Source of the DNA: Pseudomonadota bacterium
GTDB lineage: Bacteria; Bdellovibrionota; Bdellovibrionia; Bdellovibrionales; Bdellovibrionaceae
Length of the DNA: 64,000 nucleotides
Reading direction: 5' to 3'
Assembly: GCA_041178425.1 (NCBI GenBank)
Contig: JBEGVH010000006.1
Span: 32,001-96,000 of the forward strand
Numbering within the stretch: the first letter of the stretch is position 1; every line of letters starts with the position of its first letter. Of the stretch, positions 1-10,526 are shown one piece after another. A program made the translations under genes and the position numbers. The notes under the pieces are model-generated. The model was given only the letters and a program-made list of their open reading frames with translations, was not told the origin of the DNA and did no database searches.

Positions 1-1
1 C

Positions 2-1996
2 CTTGAAGATCTTATTGAATTTGTACCGCGGTCTTATCAGAATTGGAGAAAAGTCCAAAGGGTTAACGACATCCGCGAGGGCGATACCGTTGTTTTGCCT
101 GCCACTCTCATGCGTATCAACAGCTATCGTCGCGGACCACAAAGAATTCACGAAATGCTATTTGAAGATTCCTTCGGGCACCGCTTTCGTGCTCGCTTTT
201 TTCGACAACCCTTTTATGGGTATTTTGAACGGTTTCGGTGTCCGCAAAAGTTGTGGGTGATTGGCAAGCCATCGATTGCTCGAGGGGGATTTGAGTTTGC
301 ACACCCCGAGTTGCGGGAGGCCGAAGAAGATCTTCTTGATGTTGATAAACTCGTTCCAGTGTACACAGAGACCACGGGGCTGAGTTCTCGCAAAATTCAC
401 CAACTCATTGAACAGTCTTTTCAATTACTCAAAAATGCCGAGGCTTGGAGCGAGAAAGAGTATCTCCCTGCTTGGTTGCGAAAGAAATACGATCTCGTTT
501 CGCGTGAGGACTCTTTGCGAACGCTCCATTTTCCGAAGATTGAATGGGCTCAAGAGTTTTTAGAGCGTCGCACCCCCGGCCATCGTCGATTGATTTTTGA
601 GGATTTTTTTTGGATGGAATTAACCATAGCTATGAAAAAGTTATCCTACACGCGTGAGCACTGTCTTCCGCTGAAGGGCTCTGGTGTGTTGCAAACAAAA
701 CTTAAGGAAAAGCTTCCCTTTGAGTTAACGAAGTCTCAGGTTGAAGCCATTCAAGAAATTGCAAACGAACTCGAACGCGACACTCCAATGAATCGACTCT
801 TACAAGGGGATGTGGGGAGCGGAAAAACTCTGGTGTTTTTTTTCTCCATTCTGCAAACGATCGAAGCGGGAGCTCAAGCCGCTCTGATGGCACCCACCGA
901 AATTTTGGCCGAGCAACATTACCGCAATGCACAGAACTTTTTTGCTGGTTTACCGATAAAGTTGGCTCTCCTGACTTCAAAAACAAAAACAGAAGACCGC
1001 AAGCAGATACTTGCGGATTTAAAAAACGGCACTCTCTCTATAATTATTGGGACTCACGCCCTCATTGAAGACGACGTTCAGTTTTCTCGTTTGGGCTTTA
1101 TTGTTGTTGATGAACAGCATCGTTTTGGCGTGGATCAGCGGCGTCGATTGCAAGAGAAGGGTTTGTCGCCTCATCGGTTATTAGTCACGGCCACGCCCAT
1201 TCCGCGTACTTTAGCAATGACGGCTTATGGGGACCTCGAGGTGAGTGTCTTAAGAGAAAAACCTCCAGGGCGATCCCCGATCACCAGTAAACAAATGGAA
1301 GAGCGGCAACGCCCTCTGATGATGGAGTTTTTGTTAAAGCAGTTAGAGCAGGGTCGCCAAGCTTATTTTGTTTATCCACTTGTTGCGGAGAGCGAAAAAC
1401 TCGATTTAAAAAGTGCCACCGAGGCCTTTGACAATTTAAAAGCGGAATATCCGCAGATTCGTTGGGGACTTCTTCATGGCAAAATGAAGTCTCAAGATAA
1501 AGACGCCATCATGCAAGACTTTCGCGCGGGCAAAATTCAAGTTCTCGTTAGCACGACTGTGATTGAAGTGGGTGTTGATGTTCCAAATGCCGTCATTATG
1601 GTGATTGAGCACGCTGAGAGATTTGGTTTGTCTCAGCTTCATCAGCTGCGAGGCCGAGTGGGGCGAGGGGCGGCAAAGAGCTACTGCTTATTTGCTGTTG
1701 GTTACAAAGTGTCGCACGAGGCGAGACAGCGACTTCAACTCATGTGTGAAACCGAGGATGGGTTTAGAATTGCCGAAGCCGATCTTGAATGGCGGGGGCC
1801 GGGTGAATTTTTAGGAGCTAAGCAGTCTGGTCTCTCCGGATTTCGTTGGGCCGATCTTCTCAAAGACCAAGAAATGCTCATGCTGGCGCGTCAAGCGGTG
1901 CAGGAGCTTTTTATTCAGGATCCCGACTTCAAGCAGCCGGAGCATCGGGCTCTGAAGGCCTACTGGCAGCGACTTCCCTGGATTCATGTATCATAA
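2..1996 (+). CDS. recG: ATP-dependent DNA helicase RecG (N-terminus lies before the window; frame open from nt 2)
   Basis: RLLQGDVGSGKT Walker A, DEQH, TATPIPRTL, QLRGRVGRG, DGFRIAEADL..RGPGEFLG motifs; frame reads LEDLIEFVPRSY... from nt 2 without a stop. Confidence 0.97.
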   Translation, partial: LEDLIEFVPRSYQNWRKVQRVNDIREGDTVVLPATLMRINSYRRGPQRIHEMLFEDSFGHRFRARFFRQPFYGYFERFRCPQKLWVIGKPSIARGGFEFAHPELREAEEDLLDVDKLVPVYTETTGLSSRKIHQLIEQSFQLLKNAEAWSEKEYLPAWLRKKYDLVSREDSLRTLHFPKIEWAQEFLERRTPGHRRLIFEDFFWMELTIAMKKLSYTREHCLPLKGSGVLQTKLKEKLPFELTKSQVEAIQEIANELERDTPMNRLLQGDVGSGKTLVFFFSILQTIEAGAQAALMAPTEILAEQHYRNAQNFFAGLPIKLALLTSKTKTEDRKQILADLKNGTLSIIIGTHALIEDDVQFSRLGFIVVDEQHRFGVDQRRRLQEKGLSPHRLLVTATPIPRTLAMTAYGDLEVSVLREKPPGRSPITSKQMEERQRPLMMEFLLKQLEQGRQAYFVYPLVAESEKLDLKSATEAFDNLKAEYPQIRWGLLHGKMKSQDKDAIMQDFRAGKIQVLVSTTVIEVGVDVPNAVIMVIEHAERFGLSQLHQLRGRVGRGAAKSYCLFAVGYKVSHEARQRLQLMCETEDGFRIAEADLEWRGPGEFLGAKQSGLSGFRWADLLKDQEMLMLARQAVQELFIQDPDFKQPEHRALKAYWQRLPWIHVS

Positions 1997-2382
1997 AAAA
2001 AAGTTTCATCGGGCAAGTGAAGCCAGCAGGTGTGCAACTTTTTAGGGAACAAAACATAACGCGTTTAATTATAAAAAAAATTTATAGATCAGATCAATCT
2101 GGCGCCGAGAATTTAAGATTCTGACAGATAATTCACTTTTTGGGCAGAAGACCAAAAAAATCCGTATCATCGATAAGTTATTGAAATAACGTAGAAACAC
2201 CAGAGCACTGGTGCCAAAATGGGTTTTTGCCTAGCATTTAAGCTTAGGGACTGAAGATAAATCAAGCACTGCTAGTGAAGAAGTGTTTGAAAACACTATG
2301 ATTTTTTTCTTGGCTTGAGAATGTAGAAGATGTTTCTTTGTTTCAGAGGACTATAAGGTCCACGATTTAAAGGGGGGGCTAA

Positions 2383-4512
2383 ATGAAAAAAGCTCATGTT
2401 CTAGTAGGGCTATCTTTGGGGTTGGCATTGGGAACTGCTAACTCTGTATGGGCTGGCGATAAATTATTTCTTCGCTCTGGCGTTGTTAATCCTAAAACTT
2501 TCAATCCTGGTTATGCCGCTACTTTGGGCGTCAATGGGCTCAGTGAATCCATTGTGCAGTTCAAATCGATTCCAGGTGAATCAGATAAAGCGGCTCTTAT
2601 CTCTCGCGGACTTCAAGTTTTTAAATACCTTCCAGACGACGCCTACATTGTACGCGGCAGCCAAGAAAGCCTCGCGGCGGCAAAACGCCTCTCTCAAGTG
2701 AATGCAGTTATTCCATACACTGCAGCGATGAAGATGAGTCCTGATTTTGGAGCCTTCAGCGTATTCACTGCCAAAAAGAACGAAAATGTTTTGATTAAAA
2801 CTTTCAAAGCAACGGATACCAATGCCGTTGTCGAAGGAATGAATAAGATATCATCTGATATTCGCATTCTTAATGCTCAAGGCAACTCTATTTTAGCCAA
2901 CGTCCCTCAAGACACTGTGCTAGTTGTCGCTGGATTGGCTGGTATCGAACACGTTCAACCATATGTAAAAGTAAAGCTCTGGGGCGATTTCGATCTTATG
3001 GAAGGATCTGGTTCTAATCCTCCAGCGACTCCCGGTGATTACTCAGATCTTTCAGGAACAGAAGACGGAACGCGCGTGATGAATTTTACTGCGGGTTGGT
3101 CTCAAGGATTGACGGGTCGCGGACAAATCGTTGCGATGGCAGACACTGGGGTTGATACTGGTGACGTAAATACAATTCATGACGACTTAAAAGGTTCTAT
3201 CAAGAGTGGTTACGCTTACGGAATGTTTGCTCGTACCTGGGAAGATCCAATGGGTCATGGAACTCACGTTGCGGGATCAATTGTAGGTCGCGGTACTGCT
3301 TCAGGCGGTCGTATTCGTGGGGGCGCTTACGAGGCTGGCTTCGTTGCTCAAGGGATGTGGAGCCCAACTCTCGAAAACCTCACAGTTCCACCACAGTTGA
3401 AGACACTATTTGAAGCGGCCTATAATGATGGCGCTCGCATTCATTCAAACTCTTGGGGTGCGGCTCGTAACTTTGGAGCGTATGATAACTTCGCGGTTCA
3501 GGTTGATGAATATGTTTGGGAACACCCTGATATGCTTCCTATCTTTGCTGCTGGTAATAGCGGAACAGACAAAGATAAAGATGGTCGTATCGATGCAAAC
3601 TCTATTAGCTCTCCAGGAACAGCGAAGAACTGTTTAACTGTTGGTGCTTCTGAAAACGTAAACTCTCACGGTGGAATTCAGGCGCAGATTAAGAAATTGC
3701 GTGCAGCGGCGGAAGCGTGGCCTGCAGAGCCAATTTCAAGCGACTATTTGTCAAACAACATGAACGGTTTGGCGATGTTCTCTTCGCGTGGTCCTACTCT
3801 TGATGGCCGTACAAAGCCAGATGTTGTTGCTCCAGGCACAAACATTTTGAGTCTTCGTTCATCGGTTGAAGGCGCTAGTGATATGTGGGGAGCTTACAAC
3901 AAGCTTTACACCTATGCTGGTGGTACTTCGATGGCAACGCCCCTCACAGCAGGCGCGGCAGCTCTCGCTCGTCAAAAATTAGTGGGAATGGGTGAAAGTA
4001 ATCCATCAGCAGCTCTCGTGAAAGGGATGTTAATGCATACAGCTGTTGATATGTTCCCCGGTCAATTCGGTGAGGTGGGTGCAGCTCGTGGACAAGAACT
4101 TCTTACACACAGACCAAATTCTGACGAAGGATATGGCCGTGTTGACGTGGCTCGAGTTTCTCAACTTCCTTTGCGCGTGATCGACGAAAAAGCGGGAGTA
4201 GCTCAAGGGCAGGAGTTGGCTTATCAAATCACTCTTAATCAGCGTCCAGGAAAATTCTGGGTCACGCTTGTTTACTCAGACGCTCCGGCGGCGGCGAGCG
4301 CGGCGAAGACTCTTGTGAATGATTTGACATTGGTGGTGACAAATCCTCAAGGTCAGAAGCTTGCGGTTAATGATGCTGTTAACAATGGCGAAATGATTGA
4401 AATCGAAAACGCTACCGAAGGAACTTACACAATCACTGTTAAAGGTGATCGCGTTCCTCAAGGCAAAGACGGCAAACAGCCATTCGCTCTTTTGATTTCT
4501 TCATCGAACTAA
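2383..4512 (+). CDS. Secreted S8 subtilisin-like serine protease (Kp43-like) with C-terminal beta-sandwich domain
   Basis: Signal peptide; ADTGVD, GHGTHVAG, FAAGN, GTSMATP catalytic motifs; HSNSWG and SPGTAKN typical of the Kp43 subgroup. Confidence 0.93.
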   Translation: MKKAHVLVGLSLGLALGTANSVWAGDKLFLRSGVVNPKTFNPGYAATLGVNGLSESIVQFKSIPGESDKAALISRGLQVFKYLPDDAYIVRGSQESLAAAKRLSQVNAVIPYTAAMKMSPDFGAFSVFTAKKNENVLIKTFKATDTNAVVEGMNKISSDIRILNAQGNSILANVPQDTVLVVAGLAGIEHVQPYVKVKLWGDFDLMEGSGSNPPATPGDYSDLSGTEDGTRVMNFTAGWSQGLTGRGQIVAMADTGVDTGDVNTIHDDLKGSIKSGYAYGMFARTWEDPMGHGTHVAGSIVGRGTASGGRIRGGAYEAGFVAQGMWSPTLENLTVPPQLKTLFEAAYNDGARIHSNSWGAARNFGAYDNFAVQVDEYVWEHPDMLPIFAAGNSGTDKDKDGRIDANSISSPGTAKNCLTVGASENVNSHGGIQAQIKKLRAAAEAWPAEPISSDYLSNNMNGLAMFSSRGPTLDGRTKPDVVAPGTNILSLRSSVEGASDMWGAYNKLYTYAGGTSMATPLTAGAAALARQKLVGMGESNPSAALVKGMLMHTAVDMFPGQFGEVGAARGQELLTHRPNSDEGYGRVDVARVSQLPLRVIDEKAGVAQGQELAYQITLNQRPGKFWVTLVYSDAPAAASAAKTLVNDLTLVVTNPQGQKLAVNDAVNNGEMIEIENATEGTYTITVKGDRVPQGKDGKQPFALLISSSN

Positions 4513-4549
4513 GCGTTGAAATAGGCGCGTTTTATTACGAATTCCTATC

Positions 4550-4582
4550 AAAGCCCCTTCTTAGCAGAAGGGGCTTTTTTTT
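4550..4582 (+). terminator. Intrinsic terminator after the subtilase gene
   Basis: AAAGCCCCTTCT-TAGC-AGAAGGGGCTTT followed by a T run. Confidence 0.9.
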
Positions 4583-4890
4583 GCTTCGGATATGGGAGTG
4601 GGCAGTCCATTTACTAGCCCTCGTTGAGTTTCCTCTTAATCGAGAAACACCTCCCGGTAGCTAGGAAACGCTTTATTTCTGTTAATTTGGGCCTCTGAAT
4701 CGATTTTCTAACGCGTGTGTCGCGCGTTTTTGGGGACGGAGCTGCTTTTTGGCTTTTAACTGCAGTGTTGAGTGAGCAAATAAAAATTAAGTAAAATCAT
4801 TGAGTTAAACAGGAGTTGTGGTATAAGGTTAAACCCTTCTAGGGGGCAATTTTCGGAATTACAGCTTTCTAAAAAATCTTTCCGGAAAAA

Positions 4891-4919
4891 TTGATAAAAC
4901 GTGTCAATTGTGCTATAAG
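4891..4919 (+). promoter_or_regulatory. Sigma70-type promoter of carD (extended -10); a second similar promoter lies at 4800-4827
   Basis: TTGATA-N17-TATAAG with TG upstream of -10; upstream copy TTGAGT-N16-TATAAG also with TG. Confidence 0.6.
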
Positions 4920-4961
4920 TGAGCGCTCTCTTCTTTAAGAAGGGTGTTCGGAGGACCGTCT

Positions 4962-5447
4962 ATGGAAGCTTTTAAAGTTGGTGATAACGCTGTTTATCCT
5001 GGGCATGGAGTAGGGAAGGTGGTCTCAATCGATACCAAGGAGATCCTTGGACAGAAGAAGACCTTTTACTCAATCCAGATTCTTGATAGCGGTATGAAGA
5101 TCATGGTTCCACTTGATAACGTTAAGTCAGTAGGCTTGCGCCCTATCATCTCTTCAACAGAAGCAGCAGAAGTTCTTACTATTCTTAAAATGACTGAAGT
5201 TAAAATTGATAATCAAACATGGAATCGTCGTTACCGCGAGTATATGGAAAAGATTAAAACAGGTTCTGTTTTTGAAATCGCTGCTGTTTTGCGAGACCTT
5301 TTCCTACTTAAAGTTGATAAAGAATTAAGCTTTGGTGAGCGAAAAATGTTGGATACCGCTCGCGGACTTCTGATGAAGGAGTTGACTCTGGCAACCACTC
5401 AAGAAGAATTAGCAAAAGAAGAAGTTAAAGCAATATTCGGTCTTTGA
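4962..5447 (+). CDS. carD: CarD/CdnL family RNA polymerase-binding transcription factor
   Basis: FKVGDNAVYPGHGVG, VGLRP, TWNRRYR, LSFGERKML; GGAGG SD before ATG at 4962. Confidence 0.95.
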   Translation: MEAFKVGDNAVYPGHGVGKVVSIDTKEILGQKKTFYSIQILDSGMKIMVPLDNVKSVGLRPIISSTEAAEVLTILKMTEVKIDNQTWNRRYREYMEKIKTGSVFEIAAVLRDLFLLKVDKELSFGERKMLDTARGLLMKELTLATTQEELAKEEVKAIFGL

Positions 5448-5472
5448 TTTTTAAGAGGCTTAGAGGCAAAGT

Positions 5473-5511
5473 AAAGCCATAACACTATCCGTGTTATGGC
5501 TTTTGTTTTTT
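5473..5511 (+). terminator. Intrinsic terminator between carD and gltX
   Basis: 13-bp perfect stem AAAGCCATAACAC/GTGTTATGGCTTT followed by TGTTTTTT. Confidence 0.8.
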
Positions 5512-5520
5512 GGGGGTATC

Positions 5521-7002
5521 ATGTCGGAAAAGTCGGAAGTAAGAGTTCGTTTTGCACCTAGCCCAACTGGTTATTTGCACGTGGGTGGCGCTAGAACAGC
5601 GCTTTTCAATTATTTGTATGCGCGCAACCAAGGTGGAAAATTTATTCTCCGAATCGAGGACACCGATCAAGCCCGCTCCACTGAAGAATCCTTAAAAATT
5701 ATCGTTCAAGACTTGAAATGGCTTGGTTTGCAATGGGATGAAGGTCCCGATGCAGAAACTCTCAAAGACCACGGCGATTACGGTCCTTATTATCAAAGTC
5801 GTCGTCTCGATATCTATGCTAAATATGCCAACCAATTACTGAAGGAAGGCAAAGCCTATTACTGTTTTTTGACCGACGAAGAAATCGAAGTTCAACGTGA
5901 ACAGGCCCTTAAAGCCGGTCGCCCACCGCAAGTTCAGAGCCCTTATGAAGACTGGTCTCTCGAAAAAGCACAAGCTCATATGCAAGAAAAGGGTGTAAAA
6001 GGCGTCGTTCGTTTTAAAACTCGTCATCTCAAGAAAGATTATATTTTTAATGATCTCATTCGTGGAGAAGTCAAATTCCCATCCGATATGGTGGGAGATT
6101 TTGTGCTCCTTCGTTCGGATGGAATGCCAGTTTACAACTTCTGTTGCGTCGTTGATGATGCATTAATGAAAATCTCCCACGTACTTCGTGCAGAGGAGCA
6201 TCTTCCGAACACACTTCGTCAGCTGATGATCTATGAAGCTTGTGGATGGAAAACTCCACAATTTGGGCATATGTCTTTAATTCTCAATGAAGAACGCCAA
6301 AAACTCAGTAAGCGTCATGGCGCGGTTTCTTGCGCTGAATTCAAAGAGCTCGGCTTTCTTCCTGAAGCGCTCAATAATTTTTTAGCGCTCTTGGGTTGGA
6401 GTTCACCAGAAGGTAAGGAAGTTCTTTCGATGGATGAAATGAAAAATCAGTTCTCGCTTGATCGTTTGAATCCGGCCGGAGCAGTTTTTGATATTAAAAA
6501 GTTGCGTTGGATGAACTCTGTTTATCTTCGGGCGTTGCCTGAAGCTGATCTATGGAGGCGCGTAGAGCCGTTTCTTCAAACGGCGGGCCTTGAGCTTCCG
6601 CAAGATAAAGTATGGCAAGAAAATGCTCTGAAGGTTTTCAAAACGTCAATGGAAGTTTTAAAGGACGCTGAAGAGCTCTTTAAACCCATTTGCGATAAGC
6701 ATTTTGCTATCACCGAAGAAGCGAATGAAGCTCTTTCATGGGAATCGAGCCGTGCGGTTTTACAGGTTTGGTTGAAAAATCTTGAGGCCCGTACCGCAGA
6801 TTATATGACGGAAGCGGAATTCTTGGCTCTTCAGGAAGTGGTCAAAAATGAGACGGGTGCCAAGGGCAAAAATCTTTTTATGCCCCTACGCGTGGCTGTC
6901 ATCGGAAAGCCTCACGGAGCTGAATTAAAAATTCTCGTTCCTTTGTTGGGGCGTCGTTCTCTCATTCATCGTGCACAACAAGTTTTGAAGAAGTGGGTTT
7001 AA
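5521..7002 (+). CDS. gltX: Glutamate--tRNA ligase
   Basis: RVRFAPSPTGYLHVGGART, LRIEDTD, KLSKR; ATG at 5521 preferred over the GTG inside the hairpin. Confidence 0.97.
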   Translation: MSEKSEVRVRFAPSPTGYLHVGGARTALFNYLYARNQGGKFILRIEDTDQARSTEESLKIIVQDLKWLGLQWDEGPDAETLKDHGDYGPYYQSRRLDIYAKYANQLLKEGKAYYCFLTDEEIEVQREQALKAGRPPQVQSPYEDWSLEKAQAHMQEKGVKGVVRFKTRHLKKDYIFNDLIRGEVKFPSDMVGDFVLLRSDGMPVYNFCCVVDDALMKISHVLRAEEHLPNTLRQLMIYEACGWKTPQFGHMSLILNEERQKLSKRHGAVSCAEFKELGFLPEALNNFLALLGWSSPEGKEVLSMDEMKNQFSLDRLNPAGAVFDIKKLRWMNSVYLRALPEADLWRRVEPFLQTAGLELPQDKVWQENALKVFKTSMEVLKDAEELFKPICDKHFAITEEANEALSWESSRAVLQVWLKNLEARTADYMTEAEFLALQEVVKNETGAKGKNLFMPLRVAVIGKPHGAELKILVPLLGRRSLIHRAQQVLKKWV

Positions 7003-7005
7003 TCG

Positions 7006-8460
7006 ATGTCACTCGTTGTTTATAATAGTCTCTCGCGAAAGAAAGAAGCCTTTCAAAGCTTGGTTCCTGGCCACGTAAAGATGTATTGTTGTGGACCAAC
7101 GGTTTATGACCTTCTGCATGTTGGAAATTTTCGCGGCGCTATTTTTTACAACTTCGTTCGTCATTGGCTCGAGTATCTCGGATACCAAACAACCTTTGTT
7201 TACAATTACACCGATGTGGATGATAAGATCATTCGCCGGGCTCAAGAGGAAAAGGTTACCAGCGAGTCGGTGGCCGAGCGTTTTATTGCTGAGTTTGAAA
7301 AAGACTTTGCGACTCTTGGCTTGAGAAAGCATGACTTTAATCCGCGGGTTACTCAGCACATTGACTCAATCATTGAAATCATAAAAGTTCTTGTCGAAAA
7401 AGAAAAAGCCTACGTTGTTAACGGTGAGGTACTTTATAGTATTGCGGCCTTTCCTGAGTACGGCAAGCTCAGTGGTCGTAATCCTGAAGAACTCATAGCC
7501 GGCGCTCGAGTCGAGGTTGATCAGCGAAAACGCAATCCTTTGGACTTTGCGCTTTGGAAACCCTCAAAGCCTGGGGAGCCCAGTTGGGAGAGTCCGTGGG
7601 GACCGGGACGTCCTGGTTGGCATATTGAATGCTCAGCGATGGTTCGAAGTATTCTTGGTGACCAAATCGATATTCATGGTGGCGGTTCTGATCTGATATT
7701 TCCTCATCACGAAAACGAAATTGCTCAGAGCGAAGGCTGTACGGGGCATGCACTTGCTCGCTATTGGATTCATAACAATATGTTTACGTTTAGTGGCCAA
7801 AAAATGTCGAAGTCGCTGGGTAACATTTGGCGGGCGCGGGAATTTCTCCAAGAGTACAACGCTGAGATTTATAAATACATGGTATTGAGTGTTCACTATC
7901 GAAGCTTGGCGGAGTTCTCCGAAGGAACGGCAGAGCTTGCGATTAAGGCTCTTGCGCGGATTTACTCTTCGCTGAGTTTGGCTGAGAGCTTGTTGAAAGA
8001 GACGGGCGAAGAGGCTCCTCACCCTGAGTGGGAATTAAAACTCAAGACTGCTTGGTCTAAGATTGAAGAGACCCTCAACGACGATTTTGGAACGCCCGAA
8101 GCTTTTGCACAGATTTTTGATTTGGTTCGCGATTTTAACAACCAAGTTCGTCGCGGCATGAAGCTGACGCCAAAAATGCGCACAGTCATTCGTCAATACG
8201 TTGAGTTCATCCGTAAGTTTGGAGCTCTCTTGGCGCTGTTTCAACAAGATGCCTCGCAATTTTTAATCGACCTCGATGATCGTCTCTTGCTTAAGAAAAA
8301 TCTGAAACGAGAGGATATTGACCGTTTGGTGATGGAACGCCAAAAAATCAGGGAAGCGAAAGATTTTAAACGGGCTGATGAATTAAGAGTGGAGTTAACC
8401 GCGCTGGGAATCCAGGTGGCAGACACTCCCCAGGGGTCATTTTGGGAAGTGCAAAAGTAA
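7006..8460 (+). CDS. cysS: Cysteine--tRNA ligase
   Basis: [40 protein letters not shown]. Confidence 0.97.
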   Translation: MSLVVYNSLSRKKEAFQSLVPGHVKMYCCGPTVYDLLHVGNFRGAIFYNFVRHWLEYLGYQTTFVYNYTDVDDKIIRRAQEEKVTSESVAERFIAEFEKDFATLGLRKHDFNPRVTQHIDSIIEIIKVLVEKEKAYVVNGEVLYSIAAFPEYGKLSGRNPEELIAGARVEVDQRKRNPLDFALWKPSKPGEPSWESPWGPGRPGWHIECSAMVRSILGDQIDIHGGGSDLIFPHHENEIAQSEGCTGHALARYWIHNNMFTFSGQKMSKSLGNIWRAREFLQEYNAEIYKYMVLSVHYRSLAEFSEGTAELAIKALARIYSSLSLAESLLKETGEEAPHPEWELKLKTAWSKIEETLNDDFGTPEAFAQIFDLVRDFNNQVRRGMKLTPKMRTVIRQYVEFIRKFGALLALFQQDASQFLIDLDDRLLLKKNLKREDIDRLVMERQKIREAKDFKRADELRVELTALGIQVADTPQGSFWEVQK

Positions 8461-10526
8461 AGTCCTCAAAGAAAAAGAGTCTGTTTCGGCTTCACTCGGA
8501 ATTTCAGCCGTCGGGTGATCAGCCTCAAGCGATTCAAAAACTGGTTGAGAATTTTTCCACCGGTGCCAAACATCAAGTGCTCTTGGGAGTCACCGGCAGC
8601 GGTAAAACCTTTACAATGGCGCATGTGATTTCACAGCTTCAGCAGCCGGCTCTCGTCTTAGCTCCAAATAAAACCCTGGCAGCCCAACTCTATAGCGAAT
8701 TTAAAGAACTGTTTCCAGAAAATGCCGTTGAGTATTTCGTGAGCTATTACGATTACTATCAGCCCGAGGCCTATGTGCCGTCGACCGATACATTTATTGA
8801 GAAGGATTCGGCGATTAACGAGCATATCGATCGCATGCGCCACTCGGCTACGCGCTCTCTCTTTGAGCGCAAAGATGTGATTATAGTGGCCAGTGTTTCT
8901 TGTATTTATGGGCTTGGGAGTCCTGAATCCTATCTTGGGATGATGGTTTCTGTGGAGGTGGGGCAGAAGCTCAAACGCGATGCCTTCTTGAAGGAGCTTA
9001 TTCGCATTCAGTATCAGCGCAATAATATCGATTTCCATCGTGGAACCATCAAAGTTCGTGGTGATGTGGTCGATGTGTTCCCGAGTTATGAAGAGACTCG
9101 CGCTTTGCGCTTTGAATTTTTTGGTGATTATATTGATAAGATTTGCTGGTTTGATGTTTTAACAGGTGAAGTGTTTGATGAATTAGAGAAAGCTTCTGTG
9201 TTTCCGGCGAGCCACTACGTGAACGGAGACGACGTTCTTAAAAAAGCGATTGGAACGATTCAAGAAGAGCTTCGTGCACGAATCAAAGATTTCGAAAATC
9301 AGTTAAAGTTCCTCGAAGCCAAGCGAATCGAACAGCGCACCTACTACGACATCGAAATGATGGAGTCGATCGGGTTCTGTCAGGGCATTGAAAACTACTC
9401 GCGGCATATGACAGGCCGTGGCCCTGGTGAAGCACCTCCCACCTTGCTCGAATATTTTCCGGCGGAGTTTTTGACCATTGTGGATGAAAGCCATGTGACT
9501 ATTCCGCAAATCGGGGGAATGTATCGTGGCGATCGGGCGCGCAAGATGACTCTAGTGGAATATGGATTTCGTCTTCCCTCGGCCCTAGATAACCGGCCAT
9601 TGAATTTTCAAGAATACGAAAAACTCATGGACAAGGTCGTCTATGTGTCGGCGACCCCTGGGCCCTACGATATGCAAAAAAGTGAAGGCTTAGTCGTTGA
9701 GCAAATCATTCGTCCGACTGGGCTCTTAGACCCCCTTGTTGAGGTCCGTCCGGTGCGAACGCAGGTGGATGATTTGCTTAAGGAGATTCGCATTCGCATC
9801 AAAGCGAAAGAACGCGTGCTGATTACGACTCTCACGAAAAAAAGTGCTGAAGATCTTACGGAGTACTATGAGTCATTGAATATAAAAGTTAAATATCTCC
9901 ACAGCGATATAGATACTGTGCAGAGAACAGAGATTCTCAGAGATCTTCGTTTGGGTGTTTTTGATGTGTTGGTAGGAATCAACCTTTTACGAGAAGGTCT
10001 CGACTTGCCGGAGGTGAGTTTGGTTGGTATCACCGACGCTGACAAAGAAGGTTTTCTTCGTTCTGAGCGTTCATTGATTCAAACCATAGGGCGGGCAGCG
10101 AGAAATGCCAATGGCCGAGTGATTCTTTATGCGGATAAAGTGACTGACTCGATGTTCAAGGCCATGTCGGAGACGGAACGTCGGCGCCAGCTTCAGCAAG
10201 AATACAATGAAAAGCATGGGATCACCCCTGCCACGGTCAAACGAAAAATAAAAGATGGCCTGGGGGAGATGTTTGATGGATCTTTGTCTAAAACTATTCT
10301 TCGCTCGCAAGCACAAAGTAAAATAGCCGAAACAAAAGCTATTTATGCCCTCAAACCAACAGAATTGCGGGCGAAAATTGATGAACTGCGTGCCAAAATG
10401 AAAGCCTTGGCTCAAAAGTTAGAATTCGAGGAGGCCGCTAAACTTCGAGATGAAGTTCGTCGTCTCGAACTCCTTGAACTCGAAAATCTTGAGGGCGTCA
10501 TTGGGCGCGAGAGTGACAATGAGTAG
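8442..10526 (+). CDS. uvrB: Excinuclease ABC subunit B
   Basis: [35 protein letters not shown]-terminal UVR coiled coil; start codon uncertain (TTG). Confidence 0.97.
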   Translation: MGSAKVKSSKKKSLFRLHSEFQPSGDQPQAIQKLVENFSTGAKHQVLLGVTGSGKTFTMAHVISQLQQPALVLAPNKTLAAQLYSEFKELFPENAVEYFVSYYDYYQPEAYVPSTDTFIEKDSAINEHIDRMRHSATRSLFERKDVIIVASVSCIYGLGSPESYLGMMVSVEVGQKLKRDAFLKELIRIQYQRNNIDFHRGTIKVRGDVVDVFPSYEETRALRFEFFGDYIDKICWFDVLTGEVFDELEKASVFPASHYVNGDDVLKKAIGTIQEELRARIKDFENQLKFLEAKRIEQRTYYDIEMMESIGFCQGIENYSRHMTGRGPGEAPPTLLEYFPAEFLTIVDESHVTIPQIGGMYRGDRARKMTLVEYGFRLPSALDNRPLNFQEYEKLMDKVVYVSATPGPYDMQKSEGLVVEQIIRPTGLLDPLVEVRPVRTQVDDLLKEIRIRIKAKERVLITTLTKKSAEDLTEYYESLNIKVKYLHSDIDTVQRTEILRDLRLGVFDVLVGINLLREGLDLPEVSLVGITDADKEGFLRSERSLIQTIGRAARNANGRVILYADKVTDSMFKAMSETERRRQLQQEYNEKHGITPATVKRKIKDGLGEMFDGSLSKTILRSQAQSKIAETKAIYALKPTELRAKIDELRAKMKALAQKLEFEEAAKLRDEVRRLELLELENLEGVIGRESDNE

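Noticed and set aside
3..260. 85-aa ORF at the window start, and the TTG start at 95 for recG
   Set aside because: The first is an off-frame overlap with recG; the recG frame is open from nt 2, so its true start lies outside the window.
5448..5520. T-box riboswitch upstream of gltX-cysS
   Set aside because: The gap is only 73 nt, with no stem I and no T-box (TGGNACC) sequence.
8400..10520. LexA/SOS box for uvrB or uvrC
   Set aside because: The genes overlap their upstream neighbours and I recognised no SOS-box palindrome.
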